A DNA stretch of 64,000 nt from an uncultured Bacillota bacterium (GCA_949295785.1 CASFMJ010000110.1:1313-65312), one strand, 5' to 3'. Counted from the stretch's first letter, positions 26,616 through 36,243 are shown. The notes: generated by a model not told the origin, from the letters alone. Made by a program: numbers and translations.

Positions 26616-27323
26616 ATGATGTATCCGTATAACTCTTATAGCTACAGTTATGGCTATGGCAATAATGGGGCAACCAGTCTAGTCATCATACTTTTGGTAG
26701 CGGTGATACTTGCGATTGTTTTAAATTTTACGTTTTTGTCAAAAAAGAATGAAGGAAAATATAAGGGCGCATTAGGTAAAATATACAATTTTTTGTGTTT
26801 TAATAAATTTTATGTTGAAGAAATATTTAAACTTATATATATCATCACAGCAGTGGTAATAACTGTAATAGGACTCATCATGTTGTTCAATTTCAATTTC
26901 ATAGTGGGTTTACTTATCATTATAATAGCAAATGTGCTTCTACGCATAACTTACGAGCTGATAATGATGTTTATAATATTGTGCAGAAAGACGGTTTCCA
27001 TAGACAAAAGGCTTGATAAAATTTCGAAATTCTACAGCGATGATTTTGACAGCGGTTTAAATGAAAGCGACAGGAATCGTTGCTGTGTCGAAGAGTGTTT
27101 CCAATGTGACGGTAAAGTTGACGACATAGCTGAAGAAGGATGCAATAACTGTTGCACGGAAACTCCTGAAACTTGTGAGGAATCTTGTGATGTGACAGAA
27201 GAAAATCAGGAAGGAAAACCTGAGACAGGATTTGAAGTTACAAATGAAGAGGATTTTGAAGAAAAAACAGAAGCAGATACCGAAGACAAAAATGATCCTC
27301 CTATCAATACGTCAGACAGATAA
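26616..27323 (+). CDS. membrane protein (DUF4282-like core) with a Cys-rich acidic C-terminal tail
   Basis: 235 aa with RBS GAGGGAGG. It has a Tyr/Ser/Gly-rich N-terminus and three hydrophobic segments. Nine Cys fall in residues 156-191, followed by a D/E-rich tail. Confidence 0.6.
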   Translation: MMYPYNSYSYSYGYGNNGATSLVIILLVAVILAIVLNFTFLSKKNEGKYKGALGKIYNFLCFNKFYVEEIFKLIYIITAVVITVIGLIMLFNFNFIVGLLIIIIANVLLRITYELIMMFIILCRKTVSIDKRLDKISKFYSDDFDSGLNESDRNRCCVEECFQCDGKVDDIAEEGCNNCCTETPETCEESCDVTEENQEGKPETGFEVTNEEDFEEKTEADTEDKNDPPINTSDR

Positions 27324-27345
27324 TTAAATATCCATGGTAAACTGT

Positions 27346-27376
27346 AACCCGCAGTATATGCAGACTGCGGGTTTTT
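27346..27376 (+). terminator. rho-independent terminator
   Basis: 10-bp stem AACCCGCAGT / ACTGCGGGTT followed by TTTTT. Confidence 0.78.
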
Positions 27377-27458
27377 GTATATCTGCATATTTTAAAACTT
27401 ATTTTAATTACATAAACAAGGATAAATAGATAAAGATAAGTAAAGAATACACAATGAG

Positions 27459-28790
27459 ATGTTAAAGAAAAAAGCAGGAATCACGTCATTCAGAATAATA
27501 TTGGCTGCATTTGCCATAGCTATAGTGATAGGTACATTTTTTCTTATGCTGCCGTGGGCTGTGAAAGAGGGAAACCATGTTACTGTGGAAGATGCACTGT
27601 TCACTTCTGTTTCGGCAGTTTGTGTCACTGGACTGTCAATTTACGATACTGCATCCTGCTGGTCTTGTTTTGGACAGATTGTTATAATGGCTCTGATACA
27701 GCTGGGAGGTATAGGTGTGATAACTGCCGCTGCTTCAATGATGATGTTGTCAGGGAAAAAAATAACACTGCTGCAGCGAACAGTCATGACAGAAGCCGTT
27801 TCTGCCCATAAAGTGGGCGGTATAGTAAAAATGACAGGATTTGTAGTAAAAATTGTGTTTGCGGCAGAGCTTGCAGGGGCGGCAATAATGTCACCGGTAT
27901 TTTGCAGCCGTTATGGCCAAGAAGGATTATGGATGGCTATGTTTCATTCAGTGTCGGCGTTTTGTAACGGAGGATTTGATATAATGGGTGAACAGGAAGG
28001 TGCCTTCTCTTCGTTATATGCATTCAGAGACGATGTACTTGTAAATATAGTCCTCATGGCACTTATAATAACAGGCGGCATCGGATTTCTGACATGGGAA
28101 GATGTAAGAATAAATAAATTTCATTTCAAAAAGTACAGATTGCAGACTAAAGTGATAATACTGACAACTTCAGTTCTGATATTTTTCCCTGCACTATATT
28201 TTTTTTCGTTTCAGTTTGAAGAAGAGGACATCAGAGGAAGATTGTTTGCTTCACTGTTTCAGTCTGTTACCGCAAGAACGGCAGGATTCAGTACTGTGGA
28301 TATTTCAGCCATGAGTGAAACGAGTCTTTTTATAATAATGTTTCTGATGTTTGTGGGAGGCAGTCCCGGTTCAACTGCGGGCGGAATCAAAACTACAACT
28401 CTTGCCGTGCTGATCGGCACTACTGCGGCAGTGTTACGAAGAAAGGATAATACTCATTTTCAGGGAAGAAAAGTTGAACAGGTTGCTGTAAGAAATGCAA
28501 TTGCTGTTTTCATGCTGTATATGTCCGTTTCTTCAATAGCGGGAGTAATAATCTGCTCTTTGGAGCGCCTTCCGCTGTCATATTGTATTTTTGAGTCTGT
28601 TTCTGCATTGACAACTACCGGGCTGTCCGTGGGAATAACTCCCGGGTTATGTACGGTTTCAAAAATAATACTGACAGTATTGATGTTTACAGGCAGGGTA
28701 GGTGGTCTTACACTTATTTATGCAGTTCTTCCCGGTAATCCCAGGGATAAATCATCAAACCTGCCCCATGAAAAGATCACAGTGGGATAA
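27459..28790 (+). CDS. ktrB: Trk/Ktr-family K+ uptake membrane subunit (TrkH/KtrB)
   Basis: 443 aa and polytopic. It has repeated selectivity-filter-like GxG segments (CVTGLS, NGGFD, RTAGFS, TTTGLS). Confidence 0.88.
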   Translation: MLKKKAGITSFRIILAAFAIAIVIGTFFLMLPWAVKEGNHVTVEDALFTSVSAVCVTGLSIYDTASCWSCFGQIVIMALIQLGGIGVITAAASMMMLSGKKITLLQRTVMTEAVSAHKVGGIVKMTGFVVKIVFAAELAGAAIMSPVFCSRYGQEGLWMAMFHSVSAFCNGGFDIMGEQEGAFSSLYAFRDDVLVNIVLMALIITGGIGFLTWEDVRINKFHFKKYRLQTKVIILTTSVLIFFPALYFFSFQFEEEDIRGRLFASLFQSVTARTAGFSTVDISAMSETSLFIIMFLMFVGGSPGSTAGGIKTTTLAVLIGTTAAVLRRKDNTHFQGRKVEQVAVRNAIAVFMLYMSVSSIAGVIICSLERLPLSYCIFESVSALTTTGLSVGITPGLCTVSKIILTVLMFTGRVGGLTLIYAVLPGNPRDKSSNLPHEKITVG

Positions 28791-28800
28791 AGGAGGAAAA

Positions 28801-29448
28801 ATGAGATCTATACTTCTCATCGGAGTTGGAAGACTGGGGAAAAATATTGTTACTAACCTAAGTGCACTCCAGCATGAAATCATGGCTGTAGATATATCAG
28901 AGGAAAGAGTGGAAGAAGTGTTACCATATGTAACAGGAGCGCAGATAGGAGACGGTACCAGCACATCTTTTCTAAAGTCACTTGGCGTAGGAAATTATGA
29001 TGTATGCATTGTCGCCATGGGCAGTGATTTTAGAAGTTCCCTTGAGACGGCATACCTTCTAAAAGAACTGGGAGCAAAAAAGGTAGTTTCAAGAGCTACA
29101 GAAGATGTGCAGGAAAAATTTTTACTGAACAACGGAGCCGATGCAGTGCTTTATCCTGAAAAGGAAGTTGCAGAATGGGTATCTGTAAAATATACTTTTG
29201 ACAATGTAAAAGATTACATGAGGCTGGATGAAACCATGTCGCTGTTTGAGATAAGCATGCCTAAAGGCCGGCATGGCAGTGAAGCTGAGAAGACAGACTT
29301 AGCAGAAAAATTTGATATTCACATCATTGGAATAAGGAAAAAAGGTGCAGAAAAATGGATATTGAGGCCGGATACGTTGCCGGAAGAAGGAGATCTTGCC
29401 CTGATAGCAGGAACAATTAAAAATGTACAGAAATACTTACGCACCTGA
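28801..29448 (+). CDS. ktrA: Trk/Ktr-family K+ uptake peripheral subunit (TrkA/KtrA, RCK domains)
   Basis: Starts at the ATG at 28801, after AAGGAGG. The Rossmann loop is IGVGRLG. A C-terminal RCK_C-like segment follows. Confidence 0.85.
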   Translation: MRSILLIGVGRLGKNIVTNLSALQHEIMAVDISEERVEEVLPYVTGAQIGDGTSTSFLKSLGVGNYDVCIVAMGSDFRSSLETAYLLKELGAKKVVSRATEDVQEKFLLNNGADAVLYPEKEVAEWVSVKYTFDNVKDYMRLDETMSLFEISMPKGRHGSEAEKTDLAEKFDIHIIGIRKKGAEKWILRPDTLPEEGDLALIAGTIKNVQKYLRT

Positions 29449-29479
29449 TATGACAGAGGCAAATCAGCTGCAGTCTGCA

Positions 29480-29517
29480 CAAAACCGCCTGAGCTTATTA
29501 TTCTTCAGGCGGTTTTG
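29480..29517. terminator. bidirectional terminator
   Basis: 13-bp stem CAAAACCGCCTGA / TCAGGCGGTTTTG. The 3' arm overlaps the last codons of the minus-strand ORF. Confidence 0.75.
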
Positions 29518-30778
29518 CTATGGTTGCGACAAAATCTTCAAAATCATCAAAAGAGCTGTTTATAAAATCAAAAAGAACAGGGTCTTTAAATTCATATTTG
29601 GATACGGGGACGATAAAAGGCGCCATGGATGATTCTGCCAGATCCAGTTCAAGCTTACGAATGTCTTTAATATTATAGGATGCCAGTATCAGCTGATTAT
29701 CTTCGAGAACAAAGTATATTCCCAGGACATCATCGTTGAGAAGATAGGTGGAATTCTTCACATGATCATTATGAGGCTGAAAAATCATGAACAATTTTCC
29801 TGAGGCATAATCAGATATCATTGCTTTTCTTGTAAACTGTGTGGTATGTCTGTCAAATTCAGGCGCAGAAGGGACAAGATCTGCAACTGTTATAAATTCA
29901 GGCCTTGAAGTCATCATGGAAGCCTCTGCGGCAGAAACCTGAAACTCAGAGACTTTTTCATATCTGACAACTTTAAGATGGTCAAGAGAAATCTGAGTTA
30001 TAAGTAGAAAGTATCTGCTGTCATATTCTATCAGAGATTCACACATATATGATCTGAAAGTATTGAAAGTGCCAAAATCTCTGTCATTATCTGTCACGTG
30101 ATAATCGGTATTGGTACCACTTACCGCATCGGGGGCTTCTTCTATTACATTCCTTAAAAGAGTAGCACCTTTATGGTTTGGAAAAATATCGGTACGCACA
30201 TAACCTTTTGTCAGGAATTTCGCTGCGCCGAAATCTTTACCCACACACCTCATGATAAAATAATTGATTACCTGATACGGAGAGTCAAGCCTGGGACACT
30301 GTTTACACATAAGAATGTATTCCTCAGCTTCAGTGAGTTTTATTCTTGGCGAGAGCATAAATTCATATTCCTCATAGTCATCAGGAAGAGGAAGATTGCT
30401 TTTGAGGTTAAGATCCACATAGCTTTGAAGCATGTATCTTGCTTCTCTTTCATTAAGACTTACGCGTTTACCGCCCAGACCTCCCATCATGCAGTTCTCA
30501 ATGTCTTCTATTTCCTGAACCTCTTGTGCAGATCCGTTGCCGAGAACGCTGCGATAGGTCTCAAACCCCGATTCTTCGGCATCAAAATAAAAAAACTGCT
30601 GGAGATCCGTAAGATATGTGTTTTCCGTAAGCTTCCAGTGCACGCACATGCTTACCACACCCATGAGCCGTGTATCTGTGATAGAAGCTGAGACGAATTC
30701 TTTGGGGCTGTCTTCCAGCGTTTCAGCAAGTCCTCCGTTTATGACCTTAAAAGTAGAGCGTATATCTTGATATGACAA
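29498..30778 (-). CDS. hypothetical protein (426 aa, acidic, no TM segment, no family recognised)
   Basis: A long uninterrupted ORF with an apparent TTG start 7 nt after AGAGG. I recognised no motif. Confidence 0.65.
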   Translation of the reverse strand: MSYQDIRSTFKVINGGLAETLEDSPKEFVSASITDTRLMGVVSMCVHWKLTENTYLTDLQQFFYFDAEESGFETYRSVLGNGSAQEVQEIEDIENCMMGGLGGKRVSLNEREARYMLQSYVDLNLKSNLPLPDDYEEYEFMLSPRIKLTEAEEYILMCKQCPRLDSPYQVINYFIMRCVGKDFGAAKFLTKGYVRTDIFPNHKGATLLRNVIEEAPDAVSGTNTDYHVTDNDRDFGTFNTFRSYMCESLIEYDSRYFLLITQISLDHLKVVRYEKVSEFQVSAAEASMMTSRPEFITVADLVPSAPEFDRHTTQFTRKAMISDYASGKLFMIFQPHNDHVKNSTYLLNDDVLGIYFVLEDNQLILASYNIKDIRKLELDLAESSMAPFIVPVSKYEFKDPVLFDFINSSFDDFEDFVATIAKPPEE

Positions 30779-30932
30779 CTTTGTTACCTCTTTTTCTTAT
30801 TTATACTAATAGTATACAATATTCCCGAAAAAAAACAAAAATTATTTTAAAAAAGAAAAACATTTGTATAGGGAAAAGTGTTATATAGATATAAAAGTGA
30901 TCTATAAATAAAAGATATTCCATAAAGGTAGT

Positions 30933-31436
30933 ATGATGAACCGATTTGAAAAAATATATAAAAATAATATCGATATGGTATACAGACTTGCTGCTGCCAT
31001 GCTGAAAGAAAGTCAGGATGCAGAAGACGTAGCGCAGACAGTTTTTATAAAATTGTATAAAACTCTGGACAAGGATATTTTTAATGATGAAGAACATATA
31101 CGACGCTGGCTTATAAGGGTGACAAGAAATGAAACACTTAATTTCATAAGAAAACATAAAACGGAAAAGAATTATGAAAAAAAATATCTGAAAATTGAAA
31201 ATGTTAAGGCAGCAGGCAGAGACTTTGCTCCGGAATATGAAAGAACGGATATTATCAGAAAAAGCCTTGAAACTCTGCCTTTGAAATACAGGCTGACACT
31301 ATACCTGTTCTATTATGAAGGATATAGTTCAGCAGAGATAGCAGAGATATTGGGGAAAAAGCATGCAACTGTCAGGACATGGCTTTATGCAGGCAGAAAA
31401 AAGCTGAAAATAAAGCTGCAAAAGGAGGAAGAGTGA
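30933..31436 (+). CDS. ECF-type sigma-70 family RNA polymerase sigma factor
   Basis: 167 aa. The region-2-like block is DAEDVAQTVFIKLYK...WLIRVTRN. The region-4 HTH is YSSAEIAEILGKKHATVRTWLYAGRKKL. Confidence 0.85.
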   Translation: MMNRFEKIYKNNIDMVYRLAAAMLKESQDAEDVAQTVFIKLYKTLDKDIFNDEEHIRRWLIRVTRNETLNFIRKHKTEKNYEKKYLKIENVKAAGRDFAPEYERTDIIRKSLETLPLKYRLTLYLFYYEGYSSAEIAEILGKKHATVRTWLYAGRKKLKIKLQKEEE

Positions 31437-32476
31437 TGAAACAGGATGAATTGAGGGAATATTTTGAAAAAATTAGACCTGATGATGAACAAAAAACAAG
31501 AATATTTGAAGGCGTCATGCAGAAAAAAGATGATACACAGGTTTACAGAGCTCCGCATAAAGGCAGGAGGGTCCTGATACTTGCAGCAATGTTTGTATTG
31601 ATTATGGGGTGTATAGCATATGGAACTACCCTGATAAAACAAAACGATGCCATGAGAGATATTGGCTACTGGTGTGACGGTAAACCGGCAGACAGCAATA
31701 TATATATGACAAAAGAGGGATATAAGGTAATAGTAGGTGATGCCGGGTCATCTGTTTCGGTGACAAGAGGCAAGTTTGGAGATAAAGAACCATTTGAGAG
31801 TGAAGTCAGTGTAACATGTGAGCAGGATACAGGCACAGTGCCTGTATTGATTCTGGATGAAAAAAGATATATTGAGGAAAAAGCTGAAATAGAGGATGAA
31901 GGATATAATCCAATAATGCTGCTTATAGTGGAAGGGTTTGAAACAAAGCCTGAAGATGTGGAAGCTTTGACAGAAGAAATTATAGACTATTATGAAGTCA
32001 ATGGGGAAGTTGACAATGGTTTCTATGACAGCATTGAGGAAAAGTATCAGCTGGGAGAAAAAGGTCCGCTTAAAGATATCGGCTGCTGGTGTGGCGACAA
32101 GCCGGCCGATGATAATATCAGAATCACAGATGAAGGGTATAAAGTCATAGTGGGTGATGAAGGATCTGCAATCTCTATAACGCGAGGGACATTGAAAGAA
32201 CAGAAACCGTTTACGATACGCTTCACATTGACATGTGATAAAAAGACCGGCACGGTTCCTGTGGTAATATTGGATGAGAAACGCTATGCAGACAAGAAGG
32301 AAGATGTGAAAGCGGCAGGATATGAGCCATTTGGTCAGCTGATAGTGGAAGGATTTGAAGTAGCGCCTGAAAATGTAGATGCGTTGGTAACCGAGGCCAT
32401 AAAATATTATGAAGCTAATGGAAAGATTGATATGAAAGAGTATATCGTATTGAAGGAAAAATATGATCTGCAGTAG
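31436..32476 (+). CDS. putative anti-sigma factor, single-pass membrane protein with a duplicated extracytoplasmic domain
   Basis: Its start overlaps the sigma stop (TGATG) and follows AAAGGAGG. It has a short cytoplasmic N-terminus, one TM segment (VLILAAMFVLIMGCIAYGTTLI), and two ~135-aa repeats. Confidence 0.65.
   Translation: MKQDELREYFEKIRPDDEQKTRIFEGVMQKKDDTQVYRAPHKGRRVLILAAMFVLIMGCIAYGTTLIKQNDAMRDIGYWCDGKPADSNIYMTKEGYKVIVGDAGSSVSVTRGKFGDKEPFESEVSVTCEQDTGTVPVLILDEKRYIEEKAEIEDEGYNPIMLLIVEGFETKPEDVEALTEEIIDYYEVNGEVDNGFYDSIEEKYQLGEKGPLKDIGCWCGDKPADDNIRITDEGYKVIVGDEGSAISITRGTLKEQKPFTIRFTLTCDKKTGTVPVVILDEKRYADKKEDVKAAGYEPFGQLIVEGFEVAPENVDALVTEAIKYYEANGKIDMKEYIVLKEKYDLQ
31658..32473 (+). repeat. 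tandem in-frame duplication of a ~135-aa coding module (31658-32053 and 32075-32473)
   Basis: DIGYWCDGKPADSNIYMTKEGYKVIVGD...VPVLILDEKRY...LIVEGFE...YYEVNG aligns with DIGCWCGDKPADDNIRITDEGYKVIVGD...VPVVILDEKRY...LIVEGFE...YYEANG. The period is 139 aa. Confidence 0.85.
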
Positions 32477-32565
32477 GAATAAGAGATTTTTACATAAATT
32501 ATATGATTGACAGTTGACTTTGGGGGTAAAAGATATATAATGATATGAGCAATAAAAACTGAAAA

Positions 32566-32684
32566 TCCTTATTGAGAGCGGCTGAGGGAATAGGCCCTGC
32601 GAAGCCCGGCAACCTGTGTACATGGGTAAGACCATTATGCAAGGTGCTAAATCCTACAGAAATATCATTTCTGAAAGATGAGGA
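32566..32684 (+). promoter_or_regulatory. SAM-I (S-box) riboswitch aptamer
   Basis: The P1 arms are TCCTTAT / ATGAGGA. Conserved blocks are GAGAGCGGCTGAGGGAATAGGCCC, CCCGGCAACC and AAGGTGCTAAATCC. It lies upstream of metK. Confidence 0.9.
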
Positions 32685-32703
32685 AAGATACCGATAAATT
32701 CCG

Positions 32704-32730
32704 ACCTCTCTTTTTAGAAAGAGAGGTTTT
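32704..32730 (+). terminator. riboswitch expression-platform terminator
   Basis: Stem ACCTCTCTTT / AAAGAGAGGT with a 4-nt loop, followed by TTTT. Confidence 0.8.
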
Positions 32731-32777
32731 AAATTATTGGGGATAAGGATTTAAGAGAAAAAAGGAGGTACAAGTAA

Positions 32778-33962
32778 ATGAAAAAATTGTTCACATCCGA
32801 ATCCGTAACTGAAGGACATCCGGATAAAGTCTGCGACCAGATTTCCGATGCTATCCTTGATGCCATAATGGAGCAGGATCCATACGGCAGAGTAGCAGCA
32901 GAGGCTACCACCACCACAGGCTATGCAATGGTAATGGGTGAGATAAGTACAAAATGCTATGTTGATATACCTAAGATTGTCCGTAAAGTAATATTAGATA
33001 TAGGATATGACAGAAGCGATTATGGATTCGACGGCAACACCTGTGCAGTACTTTCTGCCATTGACGAACAATCCGGCGATATAGCCATGGGAGTTGATAA
33101 GGCTCTTGAATATAAGGACGGAACTCTTGATGACAAGATAGACACCATAGGAGCAGGTGATCAGGGACTTATGTTCGGATATGCATGTAATGAGACTCCG
33201 GAGCTTATGCCTATGCCTATTGCTCTTGCTCACAAGCTGGCAAGAAGACTTGCCGAAGTGAGAAAAGATGGAACATTAAAATATCTCCGCCCTGATGGAA
33301 AAACACAGGTCACTGTAGAATATGACGGCAATCAGGTAAAGAGAATAGATACAGTTCTGGTTTCTACCCAGCATGATCCTGATGTGACACAACAGCAGAT
33401 AAAAGACGATATTATTAAACACGTGGTAAAACCCATAGTTCCGGCAGAACTGCTTGATGAAAATACAAAATACTTTGTGAATCCGACAGGAAGATTTGTA
33501 ATCGGCGGGCCTCACGGAGACTCAGGTCTTACAGGCAGAAAGATAATTGTAGACAGCTATGGCGGATACGCTCGCCACGGAGGCGGAGCTTTTTCCGGAA
33601 AGGATCCTACAAAAGTTGACCGCAGTGCGTCATATGCGGCAAGATATGCTGCTAAAAACGTGGTGGCAGCAGGAATTGCCGATAAATGCGAAATTCAGCT
33701 TGCTTATGCCATTGGTGTAGCAAGACCTGTATCTATTATGGTGGATACTTTCGGTACGGGAAAGATTTCAGATGAAAAGATAGCTGAACTGGTAGAAAAG
33801 AATTTCGATATGAGACCTGCTGCAATCATAAGAGATCTTAATCTGAGAAGACCTATATACAGACAGGTGGCAGCATATGGACATTTCGGAAGAACTGATA
33901 TAGACCTTCCATGGGAACATACTGACAAAGCGGAGACACTGAAAAAGCAGGTCGGAATCTGA
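32778..33962 (+). CDS. metK: S-adenosylmethionine synthetase
   Basis: 394 aa. It contains [19 protein letters not shown] and GGGAFSGKD. Confidence 0.97.
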   Translation: MKKLFTSESVTEGHPDKVCDQISDAILDAIMEQDPYGRVAAEATTTTGYAMVMGEISTKCYVDIPKIVRKVILDIGYDRSDYGFDGNTCAVLSAIDEQSGDIAMGVDKALEYKDGTLDDKIDTIGAGDQGLMFGYACNETPELMPMPIALAHKLARRLAEVRKDGTLKYLRPDGKTQVTVEYDGNQVKRIDTVLVSTQHDPDVTQQQIKDDIIKHVVKPIVPAELLDENTKYFVNPTGRFVIGGPHGDSGLTGRKIIVDSYGGYARHGGGAFSGKDPTKVDRSASYAARYAAKNVVAAGIADKCEIQLAYAIGVARPVSIMVDTFGTGKISDEKIAELVEKNFDMRPAAIIRDLNLRRPIYRQVAAYGHFGRTDIDLPWEHTDKAETLKKQVGI

Positions 33963-33996
33963 TACTTAAAAGCTTATGTCTGATAAAAAAGAAAAA

Positions 33997-34034
33997 AATG
34001 CCGGGGATACGAAAAATCATATCCCCGGCATTTT
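33997..34034. terminator. bidirectional terminator
   Basis: 12-bp stem AATGCCGGGGAT / ATCCCCGGCATT. T runs are present on both strands. Confidence 0.8.
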
Positions 34035-34084
34035 CACATACAATTGGGGCAAAGAATCTGTCCAAAATGGTGGCAGGTTTAAGC

Positions 34085-34255
34085 ACGTTTATCAAGAGCC
34101 TGCTTAAGATAACCGACGGTTATAATAGCACAGATTACAACTCCGGCATAAGGCCAGTTGGCATCGGTCAGCCCGAAAATCTTTGAGCCGAGACAGCATA
34201 GTCCTATAAGGGCTCCTGCTCCTGCCCGTATAAAATTCATCGTTCTATCAGACAT
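34085..34255 (-). CDS. small hydrophobic protein (56 aa), not in the ORF track
   Basis: ATG at 34255, 6 nt after an AGGAGG that overlaps the deoC stop. The sequence is MSDRTMNFIRAGAGALIGLCCLGSKIFGLTDANWPYAGVVICAIITVGYLKQALDKRA. It ends just before the terminator. Confidence 0.4.
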
Positions 34256-34265
34256 AAATAGCCTC

Positions 34266-34940
34266 CTATTTTTTTAAACCGGCAGCTTCCATTATTGAAA
34301 CGGAAGCGCTGGCGCCAATTCTGTCAGCACCTGCTTCTATCATTGACATTACAGCATCAAGATCTCTGATGCCGCCGCTGGCCTTAACCTGCATACTGTC
34401 ACTGACTGAATGACGCATTAAGGCGACGTCCCGGGTGGTTGCTCCGCCTGTGGAAAATCCTGTAGAAGTTTTTACAAAAGCAGCTCCTGCTTCCTCAGAA
34501 AGACGGCATACGGTTCTTTTTTCCTCATCGGTTAGAAGACAGGTCTCAATGATAACTTTGACAATAGCATTATACTTTGAAGCCGTGTCAACTACTGATT
34601 TTATATCTTCATAAACAAATTCTTCACCGCCCTCTTTAAGAGCACCTATATTTATTACCATATCTATTTCAGATGCACCGTCTCTGCAGGCTTCTTCTGT
34701 TTCAAAAACTTTTACGGCAGTGGTGCATGCGCCAAGAGGGAACCCCGTGACAGCGGCAATTTTCACATCCGAATCTTTGAGACAATCGCGGCACTGGGCC
34801 ACATTGGAAGAATTTACACATACAGAATAAAAGTCATATTTTAAAGCTTCTTCACATAACTTGTCTATCTGCTCAGCAGTAGCATCTGCCTTGAGCAGAG
34901 TATGATCAAAATATTTGTTGAGGGGCTTAGTAAGAGCCAT
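34266..34940 (-). CDS. deoC: deoxyribose-phosphate aldolase
   Basis: 224 aa. It contains [14 protein letters not shown] (Schiff-base Lys) and KASGGIR. Confidence 0.92.
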   Translation of the reverse strand: MALTKPLNKYFDHTLLKADATAEQIDKLCEEALKYDFYSVCVNSSNVAQCRDCLKDSDVKIAAVTGFPLGACTTAVKVFETEEACRDGASEIDMVINIGALKEGGEEFVYEDIKSVVDTASKYNAIVKVIIETCLLTDEEKRTVCRLSEEAGAAFVKTSTGFSTGGATTRDVALMRHSVSDSMQVKASGGIRDLDAVMSMIEAGADRIGASASVSIMEAAGLKK

Positions 34941-35231
34941 ACAGCTACCTCCTTATGTTTTATGTCTTTAAATTATAACATGAGGGGAATTATATTGCAA
35001 TGACGGTGTTTTGAGCATATAATGATAAGTGTGATATCATGATACATGTGTTACAGAACAAGGATATATTGACTGTATTGTTTTTGCGAGGGGTTCTGAC
35101 GACAAGTTATATATATTTTAATGCACATCATGTAACCGGTGTAACATACGTAAAATAAATTTTCAGGTGTTTTAGTATATAAATAAAGCGTAATTTTATA
35201 ATAAAATTAAGACTGATCAAAAGAGGTAATT

Positions 35232-35717
35232 ATGGAAAAGGCAAAAAAAGAGATTTTGAGACTGGGAAGACTGAAATGGCTGTGTTTTTTGCCGGCGGGC
35301 ATTATGTTTCTGTGGACACGCGCTGCTTTCGGGACGATGATATCTTCTATTCTTGCTGCTGTATTTGGTGTTGCATTTGTCAAGATATGCAGCAGAGGTA
35401 AAAGAACAATAATATGTGAGGAAATAATAAAAGATATGAAAGCGGGCCTTGACAAAGCCGGATTTTATGATACTGTCTTTGAAATTAAAAGTCTGAATAT
35501 AGGGCTTGTTGTGAGAGTTTATCTTATCAGAGCAAAAAACAAAGCAGAAGTATGCTCCCGCATAGTAGCCGATATGATGGAAAACGGGTGGTACAAAGAA
35601 CACATCTGGCTGACCCAGGTGGTGGATATAGAAGGCGCAGAATCGCTTTTGGAAGCCAGAAGGGCATTAAATGACGCACTTATTGAGGATATAAAAGAAA
35701 AAACTGAACGAAGGTGA
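35232..35717 (+). CDS. hypothetical membrane-anchored protein
   Basis: 161 aa with RBS AGAGG. Two N-terminal hydrophobic segments are followed by a soluble domain. No family was recognised. Confidence 0.55.
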   Translation: MEKAKKEILRLGRLKWLCFLPAGIMFLWTRAAFGTMISSILAAVFGVAFVKICSRGKRTIICEEIIKDMKAGLDKAGFYDTVFEIKSLNIGLVVRVYLIRAKNKAEVCSRIVADMMENGWYKEHIWLTQVVDIEGAESLLEARRALNDALIEDIKEKTERR

Positions 35718-35721
35718 AAGT

Positions 35722-36135
35722 ATGAAAAATGTTCTGATAATAGACGGGCAGGGCGGTCTTTTGGGAAAGCAGATGGTGGAAGCTGTGAAAAAACTCATAC
35801 CGGAAGCTGATATAACTGCAGTAGGCACTAATCCTGTTGCAACGACCAGTATGCTCAAAGCCGGTGCTGATAATGGAGCAACCGGTGAAAATGCCGTAAT
35901 AGTAGGCGCAAGAAACGCTGATATAATAGTAGGACCCATAGGAATAGCCATAGCTGATTCACTTCTTGGTGAAATAACGCCGGCCATGGCAGTAGCTATA
36001 GGACAGAGCAGGGCGAAAAAAATCTTGATTCCCGTAAACAAATGTAATAATATAGTAATAGGTACAGACGATAAATCTACTTCCGAACTTATCGCTGAAG
36101 CCATAGAAAAGATCAGAGAGATCAGCAGAAGCTGA
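35722..36135 (+). CDS. DUF3842-like protein
   Basis: 137 aa. The N-terminus VLIIDGQGGLLGKQ and the overall pattern recall the DUF3842 family. The start lies 4 nt after the upstream stop. Confidence 0.55.
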   Translation: MKNVLIIDGQGGLLGKQMVEAVKKLIPEADITAVGTNPVATTSMLKAGADNGATGENAVIVGARNADIIVGPIGIAIADSLLGEITPAMAVAIGQSRAKKILIPVNKCNNIVIGTDDKSTSELIAEAIEKIREISRS

Positions 36136-36149
36136 TCCATGTGCCAGAA

Positions 36150-36191
36150 GGTACAGATCATCCAGAAGGAGACCTGTATCTTTTATTTTTT
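36150..36191 (+). terminator. rho-independent terminator candidate
   Basis: Stem GGTACAG / CTGTATC (one G-U pair) followed by TTTTATTTTTT. Confidence 0.5.
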
Positions 36192-36243
36192 GTGAAAAGC
36201 TAAGGGAGAGAAGCTCCTGCAGCTTTCAGAGAAAGAGGTAAAT

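Noticed and set aside
35131-35146. cre/CcpA-like or DeoR-like operator TGTAACCGGTGTAACA upstream of deoC
   Set aside because: It is a direct repeat of TGTAAC rather than the palindromic TGWAANCGNTNWCA. The central CG and the 3' half-site do not align with the cre consensus on either strand.
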